This document shows positions 45,581 to 55,929 of a stretch of 64,000 nucleotides of DNA, piece after piece. Source of the stretch: Methanotrichaceae archaeon (lineage in GTDB: Archaea > Halobacteriota > Methanosarcinia > Methanotrichales > Methanotrichaceae); the NCBI GenBank assembly GCA_963754945.1, contig CAVWIG010000017.1:32001-96000 (forward strand), read 5' to 3'. The notes under the pieces were generated by a model. That model saw only the letters and a program-made list of their open reading frames with translations, ran no database searches and had not been told where the DNA came from. A program made the translations under genes and the position numbers. How positions within the stretch are numbered: the stretch's first letter is position 1; each line of letters starts with the position of its first letter.

Positions 45581-46168
45581 TTAAAGCCCTGTTGCACGGG
45601 CTAGCTTCATGCTTGTGTTCTCTTCGTAGTTGCCCTCGACCAGCACTGCAATGGTTTTGTTGTTCCAGAGGAATAGGTACTGGATTCCGTTTTCCCCGGT
45701 TATCCTTCCAATCTCTGTCGTCTCGTGGCCATTTACTGTCGCCGATGTTATCAGTGATTTGTTTCCGCGAAGCATCCAAGTGTTGCTTGATTTAAAGTTC
45801 TCGAGATAATTTGAGACTGCTGCTTTCGCGTGATCTTCATCTTTTAGGGCAATCAGAGTCACCTTTGCATCGCCGTTAAAAGCTCCCAAGCTAGACTGAT
45901 TATATCGAGCAAGAGTGGCATTTACCGAACCTATATCTTTTGTACCGTAGAACTCCTTTATCTCCCCTGTCATGTTCAACCCTTGTAAGGATTTATCCTC
46001 GATTACAATCAGCTTGAATCCTTCAGGTAGTTTTTCTCCCTGAGGAAGGTAGCTCTTGAGGGAATCCGTCCCCATTTTATCTTGGGCAATACAACCCGAT
46101 ACAACCAGCAACGCTACGGCTGTTAACAATACGCAAGTCGTGTACTTTGGTTTCATTGGTTCCTCCAT
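45581..46168 (-). CDS. Putative lipoprotein
   Basis: Signal peptide ending in the lipobox LVVSGC. Confidence 0.75.
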   Translation of the reverse strand: MEEPMKPKYTTCVLLTAVALLVVSGCIAQDKMGTDSLKSYLPQGEKLPEGFKLIVIEDKSLQGLNMTGEIKEFYGTKDIGSVNATLARYNQSSLGAFNGDAKVTLIALKDEDHAKAAVSNYLENFKSSNTWMLRGNKSLITSATVNGHETTEIGRITGENGIQYLFLWNNKTIAVLVEGNYEENTSMKLARATGL

Positions 46169-46327
46169 GCCTTTTATCCGAAAGAAAGCTATTGAAGCTT
46201 AACGACATCATGATAGCCGAGCTGAGATAAGACGATTTCGGAGCGGAGTCACTTCAAAGATTATAAATCAAGAGAGCACGGAGAAACTAACCAACGGCGA
46301 TTGTTGTTTCTTTGCGATTTCTTCAAG

Positions 46328-46446
46328 CCAGAAAATATTGACGACGAGATGGAGAGCTTTGGTAGGAGGGACCAACCAAACTCTCCAGAGGCAAAAGCCT
46401 CGAGTCGTCACTTCACTACCACTCCAATGTTTCGTGGTAGGCTAAC
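46328..46446 (-). ncRNA. Candidate small RNA with an anti-Shine-Dalgarno loop
   Basis: BRE/TATA aaaaagttaaata at 46480-46468; hairpin ctaccac/gtggtag; three-way junction closed by tgacgac/gtcgtca; loop ccctcct; U-rich end. Confidence 0.55.
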
Positions 46447-46874
46447 TAATATTTTATGCATTGAAGGTATTTAACTTTTTGTATGTGTTTAGCTGGTTAG
46501 CTTTGCCGTTAGCATTTGGAGACAACTTTTTTTTATGGGTCGTGGATCATCACCCCGGACCATTATATAAATAAAATTATATAATTATTTGTACTAACCT
46601 TAAGTAGAGCGGAAGAAGCATGGATGCTGTTTTATGCCTCACAACTCTGCCGGTTCTAGATGGCCCTCAAAGGAGCACTCAGTATTGAAAAGGATTGAAG
46701 AATGAATCGAAACGCTACTAATGTGCCTGTTAGGAAATAATGCTTGACCGGCGCGATTACCTCGAACTCTTTAGCCGAACCAATGACAAAACCCGATAGG
46801 GATCTAAGCTTATGCCTCCTAGACCAAGCGCATCACGCTATCTGTTGGCACCACGGCGATGACAAAAGAAGGGG

Positions 46875-46986
46875 GCTGGATTCAGCGGCCTCGTGACGAG
46901 CTTCGCCTACCGAAGGACGGCTGAAGGGTTTCCTAATGGCTGCCTGACCATACGGTCTCTCACCGAACCCACCTCCCGTTTCACAC
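46875..46986 (-). mobile_element. Possible group II intron 5' (domain I) fragment
   Basis: Begins GTGTG, then GGTGAGAGACCG-TATGG-TCAGGCAG-CCATTAG, paralleling bacterial intron domain I (GGTGA(A/G)AGTCC...AGGCAG...TTAG); no domain V or RT seen. Confidence 0.4.
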
Positions 46987-47059
46987 CTAGCACGGTCGTC
47001 TCCTCTTACGAGGTTGACGAGGCCTGAGAGGGGCGTGGGCCGCGCCCTTCAGCAAAAGG

Positions 47060-47215
47060 ACGAAGAGCATACAAGGCAAGGTCGCGACCTTCCACTTCAC
47101 GATAAGGCAGAGACCACCCCTGGCAACAGTTGGATTTGTGAGAAATGCCTTGAAGCCGGAATGGGCGGCTACATCAGCAAGCCCGTGAGGATAGCGAATT
47201 AGCAGATATTGAGAA
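47060..47215 (+). pseudogene. Relic of a hybrid histidine kinase/receiver gene
   Basis: Fragments GKVATFHFTI (end of HATPase) and EKCLEAGMGGYISKPV (end of receiver). Confidence 0.55.
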
Positions 47216-47437
47216 ATATCAGGAGTCTCAGATTGGGTCATGAATCACTTTTGATCCAAAATCGAACTCAATAAAAATCTTTGACGCCTTGACGAGATCC
47301 TTTCTGGCTGGCATAATCTTTGGAAAGGGGAATGTTCCCAGAATATATAGTTACTTATGCAATATTTTTATGGATTGATATCTCCATAAAAAATCTTATA
47401 TAAATAAGAGTACTAGTAGATATTAAGCCTACTCATA

Positions 47438-47833
47438 GTGAAACTAGGAGGGAGTATCGTCACTCATCTGCGTATCTTGCTAGCTGAAGATAACGAATTA
47501 AATCAAAAAGTAACTCTGGCTATGCTCAAACATCTGGGCTACAAAGCATGTACGGCACTAAATGGCATTGAAGTGTTGCATGCACTTGAGCGTCGGCGAT
47601 ATGACTTGATTCTAATGAACATAGGTATGCCGCTATTGGATGGTATAGGAGCCACATGGGAGATCCGCAGGCGCTGGCCGAATGGACCCAGGATTGTGGC
47701 CCTCACTGCTCGTGTCCTTCCTGAAATGAAAGAGAAATGCTTCGAAGCTGGTATGGATGATTACATTGCAAAGCCGGTGCAGCTTAGAGAGCTTGCCGAG
47801 GTCCTGAAGAAGTGTAACCTGGAGGCCCAATAA
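47438..47833 (+). CDS. Stand-alone receiver domain with phosphoacceptor Asp replaced by Asn
   Basis: ILLAEDNELNQ, YDLILMNIGMPLLDG, ALTA, AGMDDYIAKP. Confidence 0.85.
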   Translation: MKLGGSIVTHLRILLAEDNELNQKVTLAMLKHLGYKACTALNGIEVLHALERRRYDLILMNIGMPLLDGIGATWEIRRRWPNGPRIVALTARVLPEMKEKCFEAGMDDYIAKPVQLRELAEVLKKCNLEAQ

Positions 47834-47893
47834 ATCGGAGAATCGAGGATACCGCGAGGGCTAATGAAGATACGAGACCCCCATATATTTGCG

Positions 47894-48047
47894 GTCAAGG
47901 AAATGGCCGGAGCCTTGACGGGGTAGAAGGGCTTGGCCAGCTTCTACCGGCTCATTGTGCCGAAAGGCTGGAGGTTGAGCTGGGCTTGAGCTCCAAGCTC
48001 GGCGACGCGGATTGGACCGACCAAGGGGGATGGTCTAATTCCAGCCT
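47894..48047 (+). ncRNA. Candidate structured RNA (two hairpins plus a three-way junction)
   Basis: Helices gtcaagg/ccttgac, ggtagaag/cttctacc, aggctgga/tccagcct, gttgagct/agctcggc, attggacc/ggtctaat; G-U wobbles favour the + strand. Confidence 0.45.
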
Positions 48048-48051
48048 CTAT

Positions 48052-48960
48052 TCATACCGTCAAAGTATAGCTACCCCCGCAATTATAGGTTTTCGTCTGC
48101 GAATAGCTGAATCCTTGGCTATATACCTTTATCGTGTGCTGCTGGTTTCCTGAGACGGTGAAGCTGAAGGTGCCATCGGAATAGTCACCACTCTGGCCGT
48201 CGCCACCTATGTAATTCCCATCAACGTAGACAGAGTAGCCTGTCATCCAATTAGATATGACGATTACCTGGGCATTGCATCCAGGGGTTGGCGGATAAGG
48301 CGTTGGGGGGTAAGGTGTCGGAGGGTATGGCGAAGGCGGAGAGGGAGTCGGACTTGGCCCCGGATAATAGGGAGAGCCGTAGACATAGACGTAAATGTAG
48401 TTGCTCCAGCCACTGCAGTAATACTGCAGAGTGTGCCAACCGGCAGCATCTCCATAGAACCACATCTTCTGCCAGCCGGGATAGCGCACATTGGATAGGT
48501 ATTGACTAACCAGTCTTCCGCTCGGATACCACTCATAGCTGTACAGAGGACCCGATCCTACCACGTTAAGCCACATAGGTAGCCACTGGCCGAAGTTACA
48601 GCCTGCCACGGTAGAGGAGGGAGCGGGGATATAGAACTGGTTTGGCACGGAGACCCCCTGAGGTAAAACCATCTGGCTACTTGCAGGAGCAACCGCCCCT
48701 AATCTCGGTGCTGCGGATCTGGCGGAGGACTCCGTAGTGGCCAGGAGCGATTTTCCGCTTTCCGATGGAGGTGGAGACTGGACGCTGGCCCCGGCCTGGG
48801 GAGTTTGGAGTCCCAGAGATTCCGCGCTAGGGGGAGAAGACGGTGTCGGCTGACCCCATGCCCCCGCGATCAGGAGCATAAAGAGCAGCGCTGTAGCTAA
48901 AATCTTCTTCATCTTTTGGCCTCTTAATATTTCTTTAGCTTGTTTGAGATTCTTATTCAA
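48052..48960 (-). CDS. Secreted Pro-rich protein with a C-terminal PEGA-like domain
   Basis: Signal peptide from MKKILAT, PTPYPP repeats, SVYVDGNYIG. Confidence 0.7.
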   Translation of the reverse strand: MNKNLKQAKEILRGQKMKKILATALLFMLLIAGAWGQPTPSSPPSAESLGLQTPQAGASVQSPPPSESGKSLLATTESSARSAAPRLGAVAPASSQMVLPQGVSVPNQFYIPAPSSTVAGCNFGQWLPMWLNVVGSGPLYSYEWYPSGRLVSQYLSNVRYPGWQKMWFYGDAAGWHTLQYYCSGWSNYIYVYVYGSPYYPGPSPTPSPPSPYPPTPYPPTPYPPTPGCNAQVIVISNWMTGYSVYVDGNYIGGDGQSGDYSDGTFSFTVSGNQQHTIKVYSQGFSYSQTKTYNCGGSYTLTV

Positions 48961-49634
48961 TGAAACTTTTCAGGGAACTGCAGGATTATGCCGTTAGCTA
49001 GAGAATCGGACATGAGGTTAGCTTGCTCTTCGATCCTGTCCGTGGTATTAATGGATGCAGTGTAATCTTTATTTAACAGCTCATTGGTCACCTTCTCTGT
49101 AAGATTAATATGCTCATACCACATGGCTTTCCTATCGGTGAGCGAGAGCGATGGAATAGTGGTATTTTCGAAGAAGGCTATTTCGTCCGTATTCTTGTAC
49201 CACCTGCTATTGGCATTCTTCAATGCCGTCTGGTTTCCATCTTTGGTTGCGGTAGCAAGCTCCAGGGTGGTGTTGAGATTCTCCTCGATTAGAGCACCGT
49301 ATTTGCCGGCGGCCTCTTTTCCCAGGTAGGGAATAAGGGTCTCGGAGATATCCTTAGAGGTTCTCAATAATCTATTGATGACCGGACCTTTCTCCCCACC
49401 GCCCTGGATAATAGCTGTGATGGCCATTCTGGTCCAGAACACCTTCTCTTGCCCTACAGTTCTTAATTGCAGCCATATGCTCTCCTCGACGGGAGTTACG
49501 ACCACGTCTGTCTGATTGATCTGTCCGACGATAACCGGCTCTAATTCAGCGGTCAAGTTCCCTGCAACTGAGCAGAATCCCGGTGCTGCGATCAGCACCA
49601 AGGCTAGCACTGTTAGTAAGGGTTTTTTTAGCAT
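48957..49634 (-). CDS. Secreted helical-bundle hypothetical protein
   Basis: Signal peptide; VFWTR...RLLR...WYKNTDEIA...MWYEHINLT pattern. Confidence 0.65.
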   Translation of the reverse strand: MLKKPLLTVLALVLIAAPGFCSVAGNLTAELEPVIVGQINQTDVVVTPVEESIWLQLRTVGQEKVFWTRMAITAIIQGGGEKGPVINRLLRTSKDISETLIPYLGKEAAGKYGALIEENLNTTLELATATKDGNQTALKNANSRWYKNTDEIAFFENTTIPSLSLTDRKAMWYEHINLTEKVTNELLNKDYTASINTTDRIEEQANLMSDSLANGIILQFPEKFH

Positions 49635-49885
49635 AAAACATCCGTAAAATATTCGTATTAGTAGTATTTAACAATTGCGCGATCTAGCTCATTTCATGTC
49701 TTTCCGAAGATGTAAGAGTCAAAAATAATGAGAACACACCAACTTTACTTCGGTGTGCTCCAAGTCACAGCAGTGTTCCCTGGGAGTCGAATCCAATTGA
49801 AGCTAAAGACATAGGCCCCAGAATACAAGGGATCACAACTTTTTTCGAAAACGTCTTTTCCTCATCCTCTTAGGATTGAAAAAAA

Positions 49886-50278
49886 TCATTTCACTATGGA
49901 GATGGGATAGATCTTACGACTTCCAATGGTGCCGTTTTCCCACGGCTGAAGGTAAAGCATGGTCAATACTGTATCGCCAGTACTTTTAGGAACAAAGGTG
50001 AATACTTCCCTTCCAGGAACCCCGACCATTACAGTGCTTTTATCTCCTTGGACATAGGTGGCACTTACCAAGTTCACGTATTGAGGGTCGAAGCTTGTCC
50101 ACCAATTAAAACCCGTCGACATGGGGTTGGATTCAACAGAGACGATGAACTCCTTTCCAAGGGTGGCATTGACAGCTTTTTCGCATGGGGCATTATCGCA
50201 GATGCTACTTGCAGAAACTGCACCAATTAAGAAAAAGGCTAAAGCCAGAAGTTTAATTGCACATCTACCCATTCTCAC
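49886..50278 (-). CDS. Chagasin-family (I42) cysteine protease inhibitor
   Basis: ESNPxSTGFNW, VGVPG, YLQPWE. Confidence 0.85.
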   Translation of the reverse strand: MRMGRCAIKLLALAFFLIGAVSASSICDNAPCEKAVNATLGKEFIVSVESNPMSTGFNWWTSFDPQYVNLVSATYVQGDKSTVMVGVPGREVFTFVPKSTGDTVLTMLYLQPWENGTIGSRKIYPISIVK

Positions 50279-50827
50279 GACCTCTTCTAATAATGCTGCG
50301 ATGCATCTATTTAAAAATTGCCTTAGTCAAACGAGCGGCGACACACCCTGCAACAGAGCTGTGGGGTATTACGATAAAATAAGCTTAGGAAGTCTGGTCA
50401 TGAGGACCGATGGTGGGATATAACTTCCGTCAAGAGCCACATGCTCGGCCCTAAAACTTAAAGCCCAAGGCAGGTTCCAGTTGTTAAGCCACCAGACGGA
50501 GGACAGAAGGGGAGCTGGCTGAGTGTTTAGGTTTAGCTTGGATATTCAATAAGGAAAAGGTAAAGGACGTTTGGTGACCTGTGGTTCCAGAGAAAAATCA
50601 AAGCGAGTAAATGATAACGATATTTTTTGCCAAATAATCAGGCTTATCGATTACGTTGCGCCTCGATCACCGAGATCTCTTTCCAATTTTGAGACATCGC
50701 GATATTCATTTATTCTCGATGATGCAGCCCCTGATTAACACCTTCGAGCTTGGGATGATAGGCGTTTAAAAAGGATTAAGTCTAACCTGTTCATCTCCTG
50801 AAGATAATAAACCAACGAGTAACTAAA

Positions 50828-53761
50828 ATGAAATCCATCAAAATCAAAGGTGCTCGTGAGCACAACCTGAAGAACATCACGGTAGAGCTCCCTAGAGACA
50901 AGTTCATCGTCATCACAGGCGTCTCAGGCTCCGGCAAGTCCACCCTTGCCTTTGACACCATATATGCGGAGGGGCAGCGTCGTTACGTGGAGTCGTTGTC
51001 AGCCTATGCCCGCCAGTTCCTTGGGCAGATGGACAAGCCAGACGTCGACAGCATCGAAGGCTTATCCCCCGCTATATCCATCGAGCAGAAGACGACGTCG
51101 AAAAACCCCCGCAGCACTGTGGGAACGGTAACAGAGATATATGATTACCTGCGCCTGCTATTTGCAAGGATCGGCGTGCCACACTGTCCCGAACATGACA
51201 TCATGATCGAGTCTCAGTCTCCAGATAGGATTGCAGACAGCGTACTTGCAGAAGTCGGTAAGGCAGGCGGTGACAGACAGGTCACGATCCTGGCCCCGGT
51301 GATCCGCCAGAAAAAGGGAACCTATGGTCAGCTCTTCAAAGACCTGAACAGCGAAGGCTTCGCAAGAGTAAGGGTGAACGGTGAGATCCGAAGAACCGAT
51401 GAGGATATCGAACTCGATCGCTACAAGAAGCACGATATCGAGGTAGTCATCGATAGGCTGGACCCGGCCGAAGACAGATCTAGGCTAGTCGAGGCAATTG
51501 AGAATGCCCTCAAGAAAACCGAAGGGCTAGTTAATATTCTGAATGCAGAAAACGGTGAACGGCTTTACTCCTCCAAGATGGCCTGTCCTGTCTGTGGAAT
51601 GGCATTTGAGGAGCTGCAGCCTCGCATGTTCTCTTTCAACAGCCCATTTGGGGCCTGCGAGGCTTGCAACGGTCTGGGCATTCGCATGGAGTTCGATCCC
51701 GGTCTGATAATCCCGGACAAGGAGATGTGTATAGCGGACGGTGCAGTGGCCCTTTACCGAAACGCCATCGACGGATGGCGAGGGCAGCACCTGGCGGCAG
51801 TGGCCAAGCACTTCGACTTCGACATCTTCACTCCAATTCAAAACCTGACAGAGGAACAGTATAGAGCTCTCATGTACGGCTCAAATGATCGCATCCAATT
51901 CAGCATGAGCATGAAGAACGGGGATGCCTATTGGTCCCATAATGCTAGCTGGGAAGGGCTAATCCCACAGTCTGTGAGGCTATATGGGCAGACCAACTCC
52001 GAATACCGACGGGAGGAGCTTGAAAAGTTCATGAGGGTTCTGCCCTGTCCCAAATGCGATGGAAAACGCCTGAAAGAGAAGGTGCTGGCCGTAAGAATTG
52101 CTGAAAAGTCCATTGTGGATGTAACCGATCTATCAGTCAGAGAATGCATCTCATTTTTCGAAAGGCTGGAGTCAAGGCTTTCCGGAAAAGAGAAAGAGAT
52201 TGCCCGGCAGGTCCTTAAAGAGATCCACTCACGCCTTGGCTTCCTTGAGCATGTCGGCCTTGGATACTTGACTCTATCAAGAAACGCGGGCACTCTTTCT
52301 GGCGGCGAAGCCCAGAGGATCAGGCTGGCCACACAGATCGGTTCGAACCTGACCGGCGTGCTTTACGTCCTGGACGAGCCCTCCATTGGACTGCACCAGC
52401 GAGACAACACGCGATTGATCAAGACTCTGAAGGAGCTTAGAGACTTGGGCAATACACTGATCGTTGTCGAGCACGACGAGGAGACCATCCGAAGCGCCGA
52501 TCACGTCCTGGACATCGGTCCAGGTGCCGGCATACATGGTGGATATCTGGTTGCCCAAGGAATTCCTGAGGAGATCGAAAGGAACCCTGCATCCCTTACA
52601 GGTCAGTACCTCTCAGGGAAAAAGCGGATCGATACTCCGTCTATGCGCAGGAAGAGCGATTCTTTTATCCGCATCAGAGGATGCCGGGAGAACAACCTGA
52701 AGAACATCGATGCCTGCATCCCCATTGGCGTCTTGACTGTGGTTACCGGGGTATCGGGCTCGGGAAAGTCAACGCTGATTCACGATACTCTCTACCAGGC
52801 TCTGATGAAGAGGATCAACGGATCGTCGGTGACGCCTGGCGAGTATGACGAGCTTTGCTTTGACTCAGAGATCGACAAAGTCATTGTGATCGACCAGAGC
52901 CCAATTGGTAGGACTCCCCGCTCCAACCCTGCGACCTACACCAAGGTCTTTGACGCCATCCGCCAGGCGTTTTCGGGAACCAAGGAGTCCAAAGTAAGAG
53001 GGTACAAGGGTGGGCGCTTCTCCTTCAACGTGCACGGGGGAAGGTGTGAAGCCTGCCAGGGCGAAGGGCTGATCAAGATCGAGATGAACTTCCTGCCGGA
53101 CGTCTACATCGAGTGTGATGAGTGCAAAGGCACTCGGTACAACCGTGAAACCTTGGAGGTCAAGTACAAAGGCAGGTCCATAGCCGAGGTCCTGGACATG
53201 ACAGTTGAGGAGGCAAGGGATCACTTCAAGAACATCCCCTTCATCAAGAACAAACTCGATACTCTAGTTGAGGTGGGGCTAGACTACATCAAGCTGGGCC
53301 AGAGCTCCACCACCCTCTCCGGTGGAGAAGCCCAGAGAATCAAGTTAACAAGGGAGCTGTCCAAGAAGGCAACTGGCAGAACCATTTACCTTCTGGACGA
53401 GCCGACAACTGGCTTACACTTCGACGATGTGAAGAAGCTGATCGCAGTCCTGAACGACTTGGTCGAAAAAGGAAATACAGTAGTAGTAATCGAGCACAAC
53501 CTGGATGTAATCAAGTCTGCTGACTACATCATCGATCTGGGACCGGAGGGCGGGGACGAGGGAGGACGGATTGTGGCGGCGGGGACGCCTGAAGAAGTTG
53601 CAATGATCTCTGAAAGCCATACTGGAATGTTTCTAATGCCCAAGCTTTTTGAACAAACAGGATCAGGATCAGCGATTCAATCATCGAGAAAATGGTCATC
53701 GAAATCGAAAATGCAGGTAGGGGTACGCGAAGGAAACGAATTAAAGCTCAGCTCTAAGTGA
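50828..53761 (+). CDS. uvrA: Excinuclease ABC subunit A
   Basis: GAREHNLKN, two GVSGSGKST motifs, two LSGGEAQRI motifs, zinc fingers. Confidence 0.97.
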   Translation: MKSIKIKGAREHNLKNITVELPRDKFIVITGVSGSGKSTLAFDTIYAEGQRRYVESLSAYARQFLGQMDKPDVDSIEGLSPAISIEQKTTSKNPRSTVGTVTEIYDYLRLLFARIGVPHCPEHDIMIESQSPDRIADSVLAEVGKAGGDRQVTILAPVIRQKKGTYGQLFKDLNSEGFARVRVNGEIRRTDEDIELDRYKKHDIEVVIDRLDPAEDRSRLVEAIENALKKTEGLVNILNAENGERLYSSKMACPVCGMAFEELQPRMFSFNSPFGACEACNGLGIRMEFDPGLIIPDKEMCIADGAVALYRNAIDGWRGQHLAAVAKHFDFDIFTPIQNLTEEQYRALMYGSNDRIQFSMSMKNGDAYWSHNASWEGLIPQSVRLYGQTNSEYRREELEKFMRVLPCPKCDGKRLKEKVLAVRIAEKSIVDVTDLSVRECISFFERLESRLSGKEKEIARQVLKEIHSRLGFLEHVGLGYLTLSRNAGTLSGGEAQRIRLATQIGSNLTGVLYVLDEPSIGLHQRDNTRLIKTLKELRDLGNTLIVVEHDEETIRSADHVLDIGPGAGIHGGYLVAQGIPEEIERNPASLTGQYLSGKKRIDTPSMRRKSDSFIRIRGCRENNLKNIDACIPIGVLTVVTGVSGSGKSTLIHDTLYQALMKRINGSSVTPGEYDELCFDSEIDKVIVIDQSPIGRTPRSNPATYTKVFDAIRQAFSGTKESKVRGYKGGRFSFNVHGGRCEACQGEGLIKIEMNFLPDVYIECDECKGTRYNRETLEVKYKGRSIAEVLDMTVEEARDHFKNIPFIKNKLDTLVEVGLDYIKLGQSSTTLSGGEAQRIKLTRELSKKATGRTIYLLDEPTTGLHFDDVKKLIAVLNDLVEKGNTVVVIEHNLDVIKSADYIIDLGPEGGDEGGRIVAAGTPEEVAMISESHTGMFLMPKLFEQTGSGSAIQSSRKWSSKSKMQVGVREGNELKLSSK

Positions 53762-54090
53762 TCTAATGTTTAAATCCGCCAGGAGGGCGGATATGAACTG
53801 CTTTATTGTTGCACGTATAAGGAACGTCCAAAAAGCCAGTAATGCACGACGGGCCTACAAAGATATAACGTTCCCGTTGCAACTCTCTAGGAGGGCCAAT
53901 CGAGGAACGGATGGCATCAGCCGTGTCAGATCGGCAGCGGACTAGGTCTGAAGGATTGAAGGATATCGAGTTGGTCTGTAGGACGACACCTGCTGCAAGG
54001 TGAAGGTATTCATTTTAGAACAACCCCGGATCTTCCACCCCTATTATGGACAGGGTTTTATGCTTGTAATGGCCTATTGTTTTATCTTCC

Positions 54091-55257
54091 ATGAAATTGA
54101 AACAATTGCCTACAGATTTTATCGTCGAGGAAATCCCCAATATCAGAGTCACTCAGAAAAAAGACGATCAAGCCATATTTCTCCTGGAAAAAAAGGAGAT
54201 TGGTACATATAATGCAATTCACTCTATTGCAAAAAAACTCCATATTCCACTATCTGAAATTGGATATGCAGGACTGAAAGACAAGCATGCTCTAACCAGA
54301 CAGTACATTTCTATTCCAACACACTATAAGGCCCAGAACACAGAGATTGGCGCGCTGAACATTCAGCTTATAGGTTACCACAGGAAAAAAATAAAAATTG
54401 GTGATCTAAAGGGAAACAAATTTACGATTATTGTTCACGATGTCAAAAATAGCGAGTTGGATGATGTTTTCGAGATAGCAAAGACTATTTCCTGCTCCGG
54501 CGTCCCGAATTATTTTGATTCCCAACGCTTTGGCAGTGTCATCAAAAAGGAATTCGTTGCAAAATATGTAATAAAGAAGGATTACGAACAAGCGGTTAAA
54601 CTGTACCTAACTGCTTACCTCGAATCAGAACCAAGAAGGGTTAAAGACGAAAAAAATAAGATCCTTGCCCGGTGGGATGACCTACGCAATGTAGCCGTTG
54701 GGGACAAAGTCTTTGCAATAATAATAAAAGAGTATTTAAAAACAAACCGCTGGCTTGCTGCTTACAAAAGAATACCCGCTAGCTTGAGAGAGATGTTCGT
54801 AAATGCCTACCAGAGCTATATTTGGAATGAGTGCATCAAAGAGGTATTGAAGACCTCTGTTGATGAGAAAAAATTATACCCGATAGATTATGCAGCAGGA
54901 TCGCTGATCTTCTACGAGACTCTTTCAGTGAATGAAATAAAGAAGATCTCGCCTACCTTTAGAACGGTGAGCGACACAGCAATCTTTTCCGACTTTGAGA
55001 AGCGAGTTATTGATTTTGTTCTCGTGAGACAAGGAATCGGACTTGCAGATCTGAATATTGAATCTGAGACGGGGAGTTTCTTTAAGTCACATGCACGCCC
55101 CATAATCGTAATACCGGAGGATTTTTTGATCTCCGATCCTGTGAAGGATGAATTGAATGTTACAAAAAGGTCATCAAAATTTGAGATCGAATTGTCTTTT
55201 TCTTTACCAAAAGGAAGCTATGCGACCATTGTCACAAAACACCTTTTCGGAAACTAA
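54091..55257 (+). CDS. truD: tRNA pseudouridine(13) synthase
   Basis: DFIVEE, YAGLKDKHALTRQ, GNKF, NYFDSQRFG, FSLPKGSYAT. Confidence 0.9.
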   Translation: MKLKQLPTDFIVEEIPNIRVTQKKDDQAIFLLEKKEIGTYNAIHSIAKKLHIPLSEIGYAGLKDKHALTRQYISIPTHYKAQNTEIGALNIQLIGYHRKKIKIGDLKGNKFTIIVHDVKNSELDDVFEIAKTISCSGVPNYFDSQRFGSVIKKEFVAKYVIKKDYEQAVKLYLTAYLESEPRRVKDEKNKILARWDDLRNVAVGDKVFAIIIKEYLKTNRWLAAYKRIPASLREMFVNAYQSYIWNECIKEVLKTSVDEKKLYPIDYAAGSLIFYETLSVNEIKKISPTFRTVSDTAIFSDFEKRVIDFVLVRQGIGLADLNIESETGSFFKSHARPIIVIPEDFLISDPVKDELNVTKRSSKFEIELSFSLPKGSYATIVTKHLFGN

Positions 55258-55375
55258 GAAACCCGAAGGGCTATCTGGCACGCCAAAGTCACAGCTCGCC
55301 CCGGAAGGACCTGTCGAGGATGGAAGGCAACAGCCGTGTCCAGCTCGGCACTTTGCCTTATCACAGGATGGCTAA

Positions 55376-55929
55376 TCACGAGCTGCCAGTTAGTCCTTTT
55401 GCCACGGCATCTCTCCTTATGGCATCAACACTTTTCACTGCTAAACTGGCTTCATCAACCTTAATATGAGGTTTCAGCTCAGTAATCCGAAATTCTCTTG
55501 ATTTTTCCATCCCATCCGGATTGAGAGTAACGTATAGGGCAGTAGCAAGACGTTCAAGATCTGCAACGCCTAATTTCCCGATCTTCTCGGCGATGAACTG
55601 AATTTCTTTTGCGTAGCTACTTAGAGTCTTAGGAAATTGCCAAGAAATTCTCGGCTCTCCTCAGTGGGAAATAAGCTTGGTCCATAGGGAATACGTGGTT
55701 GATATTGAAGTAAGGCATCAGCTCGCATTGCTGTTATCTCGTCACTAAGATCGAAAGAGAATGGCCCGTGCTTGTAAAGCATGAACTCGAAACCCGTCGG
55801 AACCCTCAGAAGCTCTTGCAGGAAATATGTGGCTTTCTGTATGTGGGTTTCACCACACCAACTTCCTTTGGCCTTCATCTCTTTTATTAGCGATAGCAGT
55901 ACAGCTTCTCGCTGCAACCTCTTCATCAT
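55376..55929 (-). CDS. YwgA/Panacea(DUF4065)-like winged-helix protein, with a 1-nt frameshift at ~55638
   Basis: ETHIQKATYFLQE...LYKHGPFSFDL; the shifted frame continues FPKTL...DLERLATALYV...GSS* to 55376. Confidence 0.65.

Noticed and set aside
46481-46494. gtatgtgtttagct, matching the IS66 TIR
   Set aside because: No partner TIR, TSD or transposase sequence follows; chance or an unresolvable scar.
48290-48365. Short tandem G-rich repeats
   Set aside because: Explained by the PTPYPP protein linker; the repeats at 63390-63720 are likewise TPR coding repeats.
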